Assembly: GCA_965645245.1 (NCBI GenBank)
Contig: OZ287087.1
Span: 434,001 to 498,000, forward strand
Length of the DNA: 64,000 nt
Origin: Massalongia carnosa
Taxonomy: Eukaryota
Reading direction: 5' to 3'
A program made the position numbers and the translations under genes. Shown piece by piece: positions 37,515-49,273 of this stretch (positions are counted from its first letter, which is position 1; each line of letters starts with the position of its first letter). A model generated the notes under the pieces. It was not told the DNA's origin. It made no database searches and was given only the letters and a program-made list of their open reading frames with translations.

Positions 37515-38614
37515 TTATAGCAGCTATTCTTGTTATTATCTTGTATCTCGGTCACAGTGCCTAGCGGAATGGCATTGCTATTTGTCGACGGCGCGCTAGT
37601 ACCAGCCGGAGCCGCATTCCTGCCGCCTCGGCCTCTTCCGCCTCTATTGCCTCTTCCGTGGTGACTACCTCGATGACCTCTTCCGCCTCGACCTCCGCGA
37701 TGATTAGTTGGATATGGTTCTCGGCGGCCCTGATCGTTAGAAGCCTGGGCACCTTGCTCCCGCCTGGAGTAGCCTCTACCTGTTGATGATGGCAACACAG
37801 CCGCTCCCTCAGCTAGCTGTGCATCACTGATGAATTCCGCTATGGTAGCGGGATGTCGATGACCTAGTGCTAAGGAATTCCGAATTATTGGTATGACTCC
37901 CGTACGAAGCTTCTGGACCATCTGTTCTTCGGTAATAGGATGTTCCGGATCTGCATCGGCTAATATTGTTCGTAGGCGTTGTAAGTAGGCCGCAAAGGAT
38001 TGAACAGTATCATTGGGACGTTGTTGTGCATGATGGTACTGCATCCAGGTTCGATCTTTGAAAACTTCTGTAGAGCCTAGTTGATTCATGAGGTTCTTTT
38101 TGAACTCCTTCCAGGTAAGATTCAGATGACCCCCTCGTGATAGTATCTCATGCCAATTGTCGCTAGGGGTGTCTCGAAGGTAGCTGCCTGCATAGGCTAT
38201 ACGACGATCTTGTTCCGTTTCAGGCATGCCACTAGTGTTAAAGACAGCCTCGCATTGTCTGGTGAATTCGAACAAGGTCTTATGGTCCTTGCCATAGTAC
38301 GGGTCGGGCGACTTAGCTTTGAGGTTATACCTGACAGATCGTTCCATGGAGCGAGGACGACGAGGCTCTCTTTCCTCGTGTAGTCGTTCTAGTTCCCTTT
38401 CATTGGCAGCGAGACGGGTACTTTGCTGAGTCAATAAGGTGGCCTGGGCCTGCATGGCTGCTGTCTGTTCGGTCAAATGGGCCTGCATGACTCTAATCTC
38501 GTCGATTAGCTGGTTTGGTGGTGTTTGTTCCAGCGTATCGTAGTCCAGTAGGTCATCACCCTGATTGGACGTGGGATTGGCCGAATTCTGGCCGCCTCGT
38601 CCTCGTGTGTTCAT
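37460..38614 (-). CDS. gag: Ty3/gypsy Gag with CCHC zinc knuckle
   Basis: 384-aa ORF with CYNCGSLEHWVKDC and an RGG-rich region; overlaps pol at an A-run (probable programmed frameshift). Confidence 0.92.
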   Translation of the reverse strand: MNTRGRGGQNSANPTSNQGDDLLDYDTLEQTPPNQLIDEIRVMQAHLTEQTAAMQAQATLLTQQSTRLAANERELERLHEEREPRRPRSMERSVRYNLKAKSPDPYYGKDHKTLFEFTRQCEAVFNTSGMPETEQDRRIAYAGSYLRDTPSDNWHEILSRGGHLNLTWKEFKKNLMNQLGSTEVFKDRTWMQYHHAQQRPNDTVQSFAAYLQRLRTILADADPEHPITEEQMVQKLRTGVIPIIRNSLALGHRHPATIAEFISDAQLAEGAAVLPSSTGRGYSRREQGAQASNDQGRREPYPTNHRGGRGGRGHRGSHHGRGNRGGRGRGGRNAAPAGTSAPSTNSNAIPLGTVTEIQDNNKNSCYNCGSLEHWVKDCPHPKKA

Positions 38615-39292
38615 GTTGACGATAAATAGGTTGAATTGTTTGGACGGTAGGTGTGATAGGATTGAACTATCAACAGTCGGACCAAGCTATCCTAAGATAT
38701 GGAGCTTTTAGAATTATAAGAGGGACAGTAGACACTAGTCCTTATGGGTTATAATGCTCAGTGTGACTGCTAATAGATTGGTAGGTGCTAAAGCTAAAAG
38801 CTGATTCCCTGAAGATGGGAATCGAGCTTTCTATATACCCCTTGGGGTCCTATTTACTAACTACTTGTCTGGTTACCTGTCTGCCTTGTTGCCTTCAGCT
38901 GAGGTCTAGTAGATAGCCTTGCTGCCTTCAGCTGAGGTCTAGCAGATAACCTTGTTGCCTTCAGCTGAGGTCTAGCAGATAGCCTTGTTGCCTTCAGCTG
39001 AGGTCTAGCAGATAGCCTTGTTGCCTTCAGCTGAGGTCTCCTAGGCGTCCCAGGCCTCCCATGAGATCGAGGCTTATCTGAATAGCTTCAGTTGCTGCCT
39101 AATAAACTGGTAAGGCTGATTGCTGATGGCTTAGTATTGCTATCCGCCTTATCATGACTAAGCATCCGGATTATCAGTCACCCGGTCTTCTTGGGTGAGT
39201 CATCTCAGGAGCTAGCGCAGTCCTGTATTGCCGCGCTATTACAGTTAACCGATATTGGAATTTGCCGAGATACCTGAATATTTGCGACCGAG

Positions 39293-42200
39293 TTGCCTCA
39301 GTACCTCAGACGTGCCCGGCTAAGCCCCTTCGGCCCTTCGGGTTAGCCTTACAGAACGTTAAGCCCCTTCGGGTTAACAGGCTGACTACGCAGCACATCT
39401 GTAGCAAGTCTGAGCCCAAAACTCAAGATTACGGTCAGATATGGCTTAAGGATCATGACAAGAACGATTTCGACCTTATAGAACAACGTCATAACTTCAT
39501 TGTCTTCATGATTGTAACGTCGCCGTCGCTTGATATGATCATGATCAATGTATTTTTGATTTTTTCGTTATAAATTTCAATCTTTATTTATGTTTATAAC
39601 GTGCAGAGCAATTTTACATACATCTTGTTATTTTCGTTAAGTCGATTCTCGATTTCTATGCGAAGTGCAATCAGATTGCCCCACATGAACTTTACAACGA
39701 ACAGGAATTTCAGGGAATTTTTATACAAATTCTACTTGAATTCTTTCGAAGAAATAACCCGTGTCAAACGAAAAAGCAAGACGTCAAAATGTCGAAAAAT
39801 CGTAATAATACACGATTTATTACGAATATCTGGATCGGTCCTCCTCCTTCTACACCATCGGTCCTCACCACGGAGACGCCAAAGGCCTCACCGTGGAGCG
39901 ACCGACAAACATAGATTTGCTCCTATCTTATCGCATCAAAACAATGCTAATTTAACGCGTTCACACGCGTCGCAGACGTACGTACGGAAGAGGATACGAA
40001 GGCCAACCGCCAGGGGTAGAATGCGCGCGTCCCTGCACCATGCTTCTAAGGGTTCAAGTCCCTTCATGCAGTCATCAGCTGGAAGAAGATGTGGACCAAA
40101 GGAGCCGCATCATCCCCCACCCGGGCACAATCGACACGCGTTCTAGCTCCTGAGAGTTCAAGTCTCCCCATGTAGTAATCAGCTGGGATCAACAGAACGC
40201 GTAAAGGCACCGGGGCGAATGCTGTCACCTCAAGAAAACTCTATCTCGGAGCAGAATAACAATATCCCATTTAATAGGCCCGGCCTGTTAAATAAAATCG
40301 AGGAAAACACAGTCACAAAACACATAGTCATCAATCACACGTTGTACAAAGCACACAGTCACAAACATACAGTCACAAACACACAGTCAAAAAACACACA
40401 GTCACAAAAAACACAGTTACAAATCAATAAGACGTCCCTGTGAAGGGGGTTCTGCGGGGGCTCGTTAAGGCAGATCTACACCCCGTTAATATCGGCGTAC
40501 ATATTTTTAGAGGTTCAAGTCCTTTCTAGCAGTCATCAGCTGAAAATGATGCATTTTGACACGGGCATGGTGTGGATTTGACACAGGTAGACCTCGATGG
40601 ATCACAAAACGAATGAAAAGAGTTCAGCGGAACTTCGTTAATATTGTTCTCGAAGAACGCGTTAATAAGATTTTCATAGACCTCGTTAACAACGTTCAGT
40701 CATACTCTTAAAGGTTCAAGTCCTTTCATGCAGTCATCGGCTGAGAGCTAAAGACGTACGACACGGGTCAGCTATGTCTGTCGCACGGGTCTCCTTCGTC
40801 TACAACACGGAGCCCTCCGGCTGAAAGAAAAAAACATATAGACACATAGTGTAGGGTCACACCCTACACGATACAAGGTATTTGGGTTATGAAAACCATC
40901 CGATTGATGGCTACCGTGAGCAACAGGGCCCGAACCGGAGTCGTACCGGGGATGGTGGAGGCAACCTAGTCATCAAATAGGACACCCTTGGGATAAGAAG
41001 AGGGCAATGTACGAGGAACCTGTTAATTGATAACACTCTAGGCCCTGAGCTAATAGACGAATTTCAAACGAGCACCCCTCCGAGTTATCCTCGACTCGTT
41101 TTGGTTAGTAGGGACGGAAAATCGATACTATACTGCCTGGTCAGGAGCATAGTGGTCGAAATCCCTGCGAGACATGCTCGGTTCATAAACGGGAGACCTT
41201 TATGAATAACGCGAAGTGGGCGTAATAAACCCGTGAGGCGTGGTATGCAATGGCGGCCACCGTACGGAGACCGTCTGCATAGCCCGAGAGGACAGTATGC
41301 GCATATCGGTGTATATAGAGCAGGGAATGTCTATCTCGCTCGTAACGAGACCCCGTCGGTTCGCCGGCGCATGGGCTACGGCTAGACTCGCCCTTGATAT
41401 ATGCTTAAGGAGTAAACTGGGTTTGACCTGGGCGAAAGGGACGTCGTTCACCCCAATCGTAGAATTTATCAATAATCTTGGGCCGTAAAACGCACCAGTG
41501 AGATGAACGAAAACTGGGATAGAGACTTCACGAAGGAGATGTCAACTCTATTTTATCATTCTTAGCCCGGCGTGGCACCGCGAAGCTACCGTTGCGGCAA
41601 CGGCCCGACACAAGCAGATGCAAACAATCAAAGCACGACAAATGAAGGTCTGGAACGACTCGTGGTGGGCTTATCAAAATCGCGTCATCGAACCCTCCAT
41701 AGCACAATCAGTCCCACTGAGCAAAAAACGGCTGAAAATACACACGCAGCTAAAAAAGGCAGAAAGCGCTCTAACAACTCAAATCCGCACTGGCAAAATC
41801 GGGTTAGCTGACTTCCTCTACAAGCGACGGGTGCCCTCCGTCACCTCACCGGCCTGCTCATGTGGCTGGCACAGACAAACTCCAGAACATGTAATCATGC
41901 TCTGCAGACTTATTGACAATAGAGAACAGATGTTTCGCGCTGCCGGCACGAGCGACTATCAGCAGCTGGCCAAATCATCAAAAACTCTGAAGATACTAAC
42001 TGCTTGGCTAATGAAAAAAGGCTTATTGAATCAATTCTCACTAGCATCAACATTATTGTAAAATCAACAATAGTGGAACCTTTCTTTCTTTCTTCTCTTT
42101 TCACAAGGCATTACAGTTCCCACACGTCTTTTGCACTGCGTCTCCCGCCCGACGTCGACCCGTAGTCACATCGGACGGGTATCAAGGGACATGGTTTTTA

Positions 42201-42459
42201 CACCTGTGAAATGTTTTCCATGTAACATAACTTAGATAGCTTTGCCCGCATGGGCCGGCCTACGGCCGGTGTCATATCGGAGTATGAATAAATCATCATC
42301 ATCATCATTACGAATATCTGACCGTAATATTAATTTTGCGCTCAGACGTGCTATCGCAGCCACGTTAGTCAGCTGGGACGCTAATCCGAAGGAGCTTAGC
42401 GAAATAGGCTAACCCGGAGGGGCTTAGACGGCCCACGCACGTCTGAGGTACTGAGGCAA
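39293..42459. mobile_element. Non-autonomous TIR element (about 0.7 kb of its own sequence) hosting chimeric retrocopy B
   Basis: 23-bp TIR TTGCCTCAGTACCTCAGACGTGC; TSD CGACCGAG (8 bp, or 6 bp GACCGA if the TIR is one base longer); empty site at 11575-11582 in unit 1. Confidence 0.82.
39833..42306 (+). mobile_element. Chimeric retrocopy B: same noncoding module (39833-41565) fused to a short LINE 3' end (41566-42306)
   Basis: 14-bp TSD ATTACGAATATCTG at 39819-39832 and 42307-42320; (CAT)n tail; ORF 41618-42061 with QIRTGKIGL and CSCGWHRQTPEHVIMLC. Confidence 0.85.
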
Positions 42460-42896
42460 CGACCGAGGTTCTTTTACCTCCTGCTTACTAATTTCCAGAT
42501 TAGGCAATCATATGCTATATGCGAAAAGCTTCAGATATCGGCACGACTTCGGCAACTACGAGGAGGCAAAGGTATGCAGCAAAAATGCTACATTTCGGAG
42601 GCAATTCAGCTGTTCATGATCACTTAGTGTCTCGGTGTCTCCGGTCAGCAATAAGGTGTATTTTGCCCAGCTGAAAAGGTTCAAAGGAAGCAGGTTTATG
42701 CATTTGATATATGCCGAAATGGAGGCCCTCAAGCAGTATAAAGAGACGGTGATTCCTCATGTAATTTAGCTATTCAGTCGTTCAGAATTCAGTTCAGCAG
42801 ATAGCTAAATTTGGAGTATCTTCACTGGAAATACGGAGTATCTGCATCACGTTTGCCAAGCACTTCTCTTTATGACAATCATGCTATTATACCTAC

Positions 42897-43067
42897 TGTG
42901 ACGAAGCGAGATAGTGAATAGATTTCTACCATTGCGCCACCTGTCCTTCCCGACCAAAAGGCACAATACTTAGTCCGCAGACCAAGCTCTATTCTACTAT
43001 AACTGGGACTCCTGCTATGTTCGCTGTAGGTCCTGCCGTCCGCACCACGCTTGGTCGAACCGTTACA
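42897..43067. repeat. Short solo LTR
   Basis: TGTGAC...GTTACA ends; TSD CCTAC; empty site at about 5627-5631. Confidence 0.8.
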
Positions 43068-43162
43068 CCTACAAAGTGAATCTATAATTTCATATATAGC
43101 ACCGTTTGGTCCCTGGTGAGCAGATATTGGCCACTTCAGCGAGTTTCTAAGAATCATAGAAG

Positions 43163-43326
43163 TGTAGAAGTATGAGGTTATTCATTTTGTTATTTTCATG
43201 ATTCTCTGACTCTCTACTTCTAAGGTCTAAAATCATCCAAATCCAGGATGCGTGCCGCTTACCGGAATAGGTCTACTGTTATACGTGACCATAATAATGT
43301 CTAGCGCCATAGGTTGGTATCCAACA
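43163..43326. repeat. Short solo LTR
   Basis: TGTAG...CAACA ends; TSD AGAAG; empty site at about 5717-5721. Confidence 0.8.
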
Positions 43327-46300
43327 AGAAGGTTTTACTACTCAGCACCACGTAGAGGTTTCTGCTCGTCGCTGACCATAATGGTTATAAGACTCAAGCA
43401 GGAACGAGATGCTTAGGGACAGTCCCCCCCCGACCGTCCCCCCTGTGTAAATCTTTACTAGTAAACAGCCATTTTACTACTCATCCAGGGTGCGTACAAG
43501 CTAGCAGTTACACTACGTATTAATAACGTTACTGTTACTAACTAAATGTATTCAACATCTACAAATCTACCTATTGCGATGACTTCAATTCCAAAAACTC
43601 GTCAATCAATTGCGATACATCATCTTTTCTAGGCTTCATGATTTTAGCCACCTTTCTCATCATCGTTTCCTTTCTCGCTTGAGTCCTAATCTGTTTGATT
43701 GATTTCTCGACTCTTTCCTGAGATTCCAACTCCAACTGAGCCTTTGATTTCTTCGTCACATCTCGAGACCTTCGCGTTGTTGCGGAGGAAGTAGGAAGAA
43801 TTTGACTGACGCGCACGTTTTGACTTAGACTATAAAGAGATGAAGGCGGCGCTGCCTGAAATAGTGCTTTTTGACTAGTTATGCTTGGCAAGTGTTAAAT
43901 AAACAGTTGACGGCATAATGTTGAAATAACTACGGAGGTGACTGCTTATAGCAGTCATGGCAGCCTGCAGGGCTGAGCTAGAACTAATGGGGCTAAGCGA
44001 GTATTACAACACCCTTCGAGCGTGGCTCCCCTTTCGCCTCCAAAATTGAAACTATCCAGCTTTTATCACTCCCCTTGCGAAGTGATTCATCCAGCTGTGT
44101 CCGATTCGCTCCCCTTGCAGAACGAATCTAGCTCCCTCCACCTCTCCATCTGCCCCATCCTTCAATATATATTCCCTGCTAGTTTCCCCTCCATACCGGG
44201 AGACCCTTACCTGCTTCTACACCACTTTCTCTGGCATGGCTAAAGGAGAGAGTCTGTACACATTCCCCAAACTCATGGGGAGTGGTAACTATAAGAAATG
44301 GTCTAGAGACATGGCCTTCGCCCTGCAGGAAGCGGAACTCTGGAGTTATGTGACTTGTGCTCGGAAAATGCCCCGAGAGATTCCCCTTCCACCTAATAAA
44401 CCTAGTGAGAAAGAGGGAGACCCTCCGGAGGAAACTTTAGAATCAGAAGAACAACTCGACAAAAGAGACCAAAGGGACCTTGAACGACTAGAGTTCTTGG
44501 AGAAACAAAGGAGGGTAGTTGGTAAGATAGGAAAGATGTGCACGGACGACGTGCAGCAGGAATTCCTGTCTATGAGAGACCTAGCTAATGGATCAGTCTG
44601 GGACCCAAAAGATCTTTGGGAACATCTAAAAACCCGGTACACTCTAAAGAATTGGAGTGCCAAATGGAGCACCTTCAACCGGCTAGAGGAGATAAAATAT
44701 GAAAAGTGCAAGTCCATCGAAGAATACGGAAGCCTTGTCAGGGACATCAAGGCCGAGATCACCGACATGGCCCTGACTGTCGAACAAATAGTCGTGCTTA
44801 GGCTTCTGAATGGACAAGGAAACTCGTTTAGCACCTATCTTACAATACTGAACGAGCAAGCCCGGCGTGAGGATAAATTCCCTGCGCTGAATGCTTTGTT
44901 GAAAAACCTGGAGGACGAGGAAGCTCGCATGCGCCAGGACCCCATTGCCACAGCCAATGTGCTAAAGACAAAAGGGAAGACTAACAACAAAAAGCACCCC
45001 TCCGGAGCAAGGTCCGGAGAGGGTAAGACCAAATGCAACTGTTGCGGGAAGTTTCACCCCGGAACATGCAGGTATATCGACTCCAAATGCAAAACATGTG
45101 GTAAAGTAGGCCATTTAGAAAGCGTTTGCGAGGAAGGAGGCCATGAAGCCTCAAAGCCACAAATAGTCTGTATGATAAGGGAATGTTCCGGGAAAAGTAC
45201 CCAGGAAACACCGCTTATTTGTATGGGAAAACCGTCCCAAAGCCCCCAACGTCCCCAAAGCTTGTTACTCGACTCCGGTGCAACCTCACATATTCTCTGC
45301 AACAAGGACTTCTTTCTAGAAGGAACCTTTCGGAGCGAGTACAACTTTCTAGAGACAGGGTCCGGAGAAGTACTACCAACAGAGGGCACAGGCTCTCTGC
45401 TTATCCCGCTGGACAATGGCAATGGGAGTCAAACTGACCTCATTCTGACCGATGTCCTATACTCCCACGCCTAAAATTTAACCTCATCAGCACCATTAAG
45501 CTTGGTAAGAAAGGCATAGTAACATACCTGATGGCGGACGAGCAGCCCGCACAATTAGTGCACAAAGGAAAGGTGATTGGACTGGCCAAAACGATAAATA
45601 ATCAATATATTTTGGAAACCACCATCAGCCCTATCGGTGCACGGGCCCTCACCACCACAAATTCTGCAAAGTCCCCTATTCAAATATGGCACGAACGACT
45701 CGGCCACCTCAGCTATCCAAACCTCCTAAAACTAAATCACTTAGCCAATGGAGTCACCATCGAAGGACCCATACCAGAAGAAGTATGCGGCCCATGCATG
45801 ATGGGTAGACAACAGCGGAAAATAAATCGCACTCCAAGGACCCGAGCAACATAATTCCTGGGTCTAGTGCATAGCGATTTGGGGGGACCATTCCCACTGA
45901 CAAGGTTCGGTGAACGTTTTTATGCTACAATGAAAGACGATTTCTCCGGAGTAGTGTGGGTGTATTTGCTGAAAACAAAGGGTCAGACCTTTGAAATTTT
46001 CAAAGAGTTCAAAACATGGATAGAAAATCAATCAGGAAAGAAAATAAAGCACCTTCGAGCTGATGGAGGAGGAGAGTACACGGGTGGAGACTTCCAGAAT
46101 TTCCTAAAAAAGGAAGGCATTCAATGGGAAGCCAGGGCACCGAATGTGCCCGAGCAAAACGGAAAAGCCGAAAGACAGAACTATACTCTCATGGTCCCTA
46201 CCCGGTCCATGTTGAAAGCAAAGAAACTTCCAAAGTCTCTTTGGGGGGAAGTCCTGAAGACTGCTGGGTACATCAAAAATAGAAGTCCCGGGGTCGACGA

Positions 46301-47481
46301 GGTCACTCCATATGAACGCATGAACAATGCGAAACCCTTCCTCGGCCATATGAGAACGGTCGGGGCAAGGAGGTGGGTACATATCCCAAAGGAGAAACGA
46401 AAGAAATTGGATGATCGTTCCTGGCAAGGCATATTTGTCGGGTATGATGGAAACAATCAATATCGAATCTACGATCCTCTCACTGGAAAAGTCCATGTTT
46501 GTCGCGATATCACCGTCGACGAAGGCAATATATATGATCTCAAGGACAAAAAGGCCTGGGACCTAGCCGATATTCCATGGGAGAAGAATGATGATGGTTT
46601 GTTTGATGATCCGGACGACTTTGTCGAAAATGAAGTCGAAATCCCAAATTCGTTATCTCCGATAAACCCGAACTCCAAAATATCGAGAAGTTCGGAAGAC
46701 CAACAGGTATCGGCCCCATCAACTCCACGAATAATGCTTCATCCAATGGGAGTAAATGCGTCGGGGGGAGGCCAAGCCGAGGAGAGTGAGGGGGAGGATG
46801 ATCCAAGTGAAACGGAAGAAATTCCTTCACCCCTCATCGAACCTCGAAGATCTGGGCGATTAAGAGTTCCCAGTCAAAAGTCACTGGAGAACTCCCGTCC
46901 CAGCATAAATATATTCAGGTCAAACCAGGTGCCAGAATCCCATAAACATATGGTACGAGTGCTAATCACCCTGGCAAGAGGCGAGGACACAGAAGGCCTC
47001 GATGAACCTCTGACACTGAAAGAGGCAATGTCCTCACCCCACTGGGAACAATGGAAAAAGGCCATGGAGGCCGAATACCAATCCCTAGTGGAGAATGAAA
47101 CATGGACACTAGAAAAAGCACCGACAGATCGAAAGGTGATCACCGGTCGCTGGGTGTTCAAACTAAAGAAAGACAGAAATGGGAAAGTACTAAAGTACAA
47201 AGCAAGATGGGCAGTTCACGGCTATAAACAAAAGGAAGGCCTGGACTACCTCGATACCTTTGCTACATGGTAAAACCAGTCTCCTACAAAGCATTGATGG
47301 GAATCAGTGTTAAAAAGGGGCTTTGCATTCACCACATGGATGTGGTGACTGCTTTCCTATATGGCTTCCTAGATGAAGCTATTTATGTCATACAACCCAC
47401 CTTGTTCGAAAAAGGGGAGGACAAGGTCTGCTTACTACGAAAGGCCCTATATGGCCTAAAACAATCCCCTCGTGTATGGTA

Positions 47482-49273
47482 CTAGGTTCGGGTGAAAAGT
47501 ATTGACGGATTAAGCGAGAAAATCAAAATCGATCTTTCAATCACCTCCACAATCAAAAATACTAAACCTTCAATTCAACACGATAATTTCTACAATTGAT
47601 GTCGAAGTCAGACGTATGTATAAAGTAGTTGATCTGAATATTTGAAGCATGTTTTACACTCAATATTTGGTGGAAAAACCATGATTTTTAATCACAGCCC
47701 GACAACGATCTCGCATCGTGTTGATCCATTTCAGATGCTTATTTTCCACCACCAACCCGTTCCATTCGTTCGTTCCTGCTATGAATATGTCTTTTGCATT
47801 CGTGACTAAACGAGGATATCGTTTGATCTTCTGCTTGCAGCCCCTCCACATGTACTCGATGGGATTGAGATCAGGACTCGAAGGGGGCCAGGTCATGACT
47901 TCTATCTGATGTTGTCGTAGCCACAAACGAGCCTCTTTGGAATCGTGAATGCTCGCATTGTCTTGCATGAAGATATGACGGTGGCCTTGTGCTTTGAGAG
48001 CTTCGTACCAAGGAAAAAGGCATGGTTCCAAGATCTGATTGATGTAATCAGTGGTGGTTATCGAGTCCTTCAATAGGTCTTTGTTTTTCCCCCTTGTCAA
48101 GGACTGGGTTAGGGATTGAACTAATGTTCCTAAGACTGGGATTGGGTGATCAAGATGTCTTTATTAATGAAGCTATAGCTAGGGGATGGTTGGCTATACA
48201 AGACGTCGGACGAGGAGTCAACTATCTACAGGATATGTCCTCTTTTTATACCTGAGCCAGCCCCTTCTTTCTCATGTTTTACCTTCACCCTAGATGAGAG
48301 ATTTTGGTGATGGTGGCGGCGATAAGATGGAGCGATAAGTGGGCCCGTGGATGTGATCGTTCTAGCGATAAGAGGGTATAGTGGAGTGAGGAGATTGGTG
48401 GAGTGGAGTAAGGGGTTTATTCAGACTCATACCGAGGATGAATCTGAATAGGCTTTCAGGTGGCTTTTACCTCGATCGCCGCTTGACGGTTCGGTAATCA
48501 TTAGGTTTTAACTCAAACTTTATTTCATGACACCCCTCTTCATCTTCTTCAAAGTCTTCTTAAACTCCACCAATTCGCTGGCCTGCTGTTTACATATGCC
48601 TCCCCAAACCATGACTGACTGTCGACCCGAGTGCTTAAAGCTATTCAGACAATCAGGACAGTACTTTTCCCCTGACCTTCGGGTAACGAACTGACGAGCT
48701 CTCTGTCCCGTTTCAAACGTGCTCTCATCGGTAAAAATAATACGCAACCAGTCTTCTTCTTGCCAAGACAGATGCTCTCGTGCCCATTTGAGACGTTTGC
48801 GACGATTGATCCAGGAAACCAGGGGCTTGGGACAGGCCACACAGCGACGAAAGCCTGCTTTTCGAAGCGCCTTTCGAATAGTCGACATTGAAGCTTGAAT
48901 TCCAAGATCTTTGGCTATCTTCATGTAGGATGCTTGTCTACCATCTTTAGAACTCGTCACTGCACGCACAAGATGTCGCACGTCTCTGGGGTTGAGTTTG
49001 ACAGGTCGTCCCGAGCGAGGATGTGCATCGTGCCGAGGCTCTCCAGATTTGCTCCATCTTCGCACAGTTGGTGTGGGTACACCAGTTGCTCTAAATATTT
49101 GAGTAGCTGGCATATGACTGTCATGATATAGATCTAGTACTCGCTGCCGTGTGGGAGTTTCCCATTCGGAATTGGGCTGATGGGAGGGGTGATTCATGAT
49201 GATGATGTGGAGAAGCGGAGGGGAAAAATGCAAAATAAGCGAAAATCCGTCAATACTTTTCGCGCTAACCTCG
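47482..49273 (-). mobile_element. Tc1/mariner transposon inserted in copia 1 RT
   Basis: TA TSD splitting codons RVWY|QTL; about 30-bp TIRs containing GAAAAGTATTGACGGATT; transposase motifs IIFTDES, FMQDNA, WPPSSPDLNPIE. Confidence 0.93.
48095..48532. repeat. Solo LTR inside the Tc1 transposase
   Basis: TGTCA...TGACA ends; TSD CCCCT. Confidence 0.85.

Larger units (their letters stand above)
32680..39243 (-). mobile_element. Full-length Ty3/gypsy chromovirus LTR retrotransposon, recent
   Basis: 529-bp LTRs at 32680-33208 and 38715-39243 with no differences seen by eye; TSD GTTAA; purine tract AGAAGGGAGG before the 3' LTR; gag, pol and chromodomain present. Confidence 0.97.

Noticed and set aside
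41125..41200. U1 snRNA or telomerase RNA identity for the chimeric module
   Set aside because: ATACTGCCTGG only loosely resembles the U1 5' end (ATACTTACCTGG) with no further match, and no TAACCCTAA template was found.
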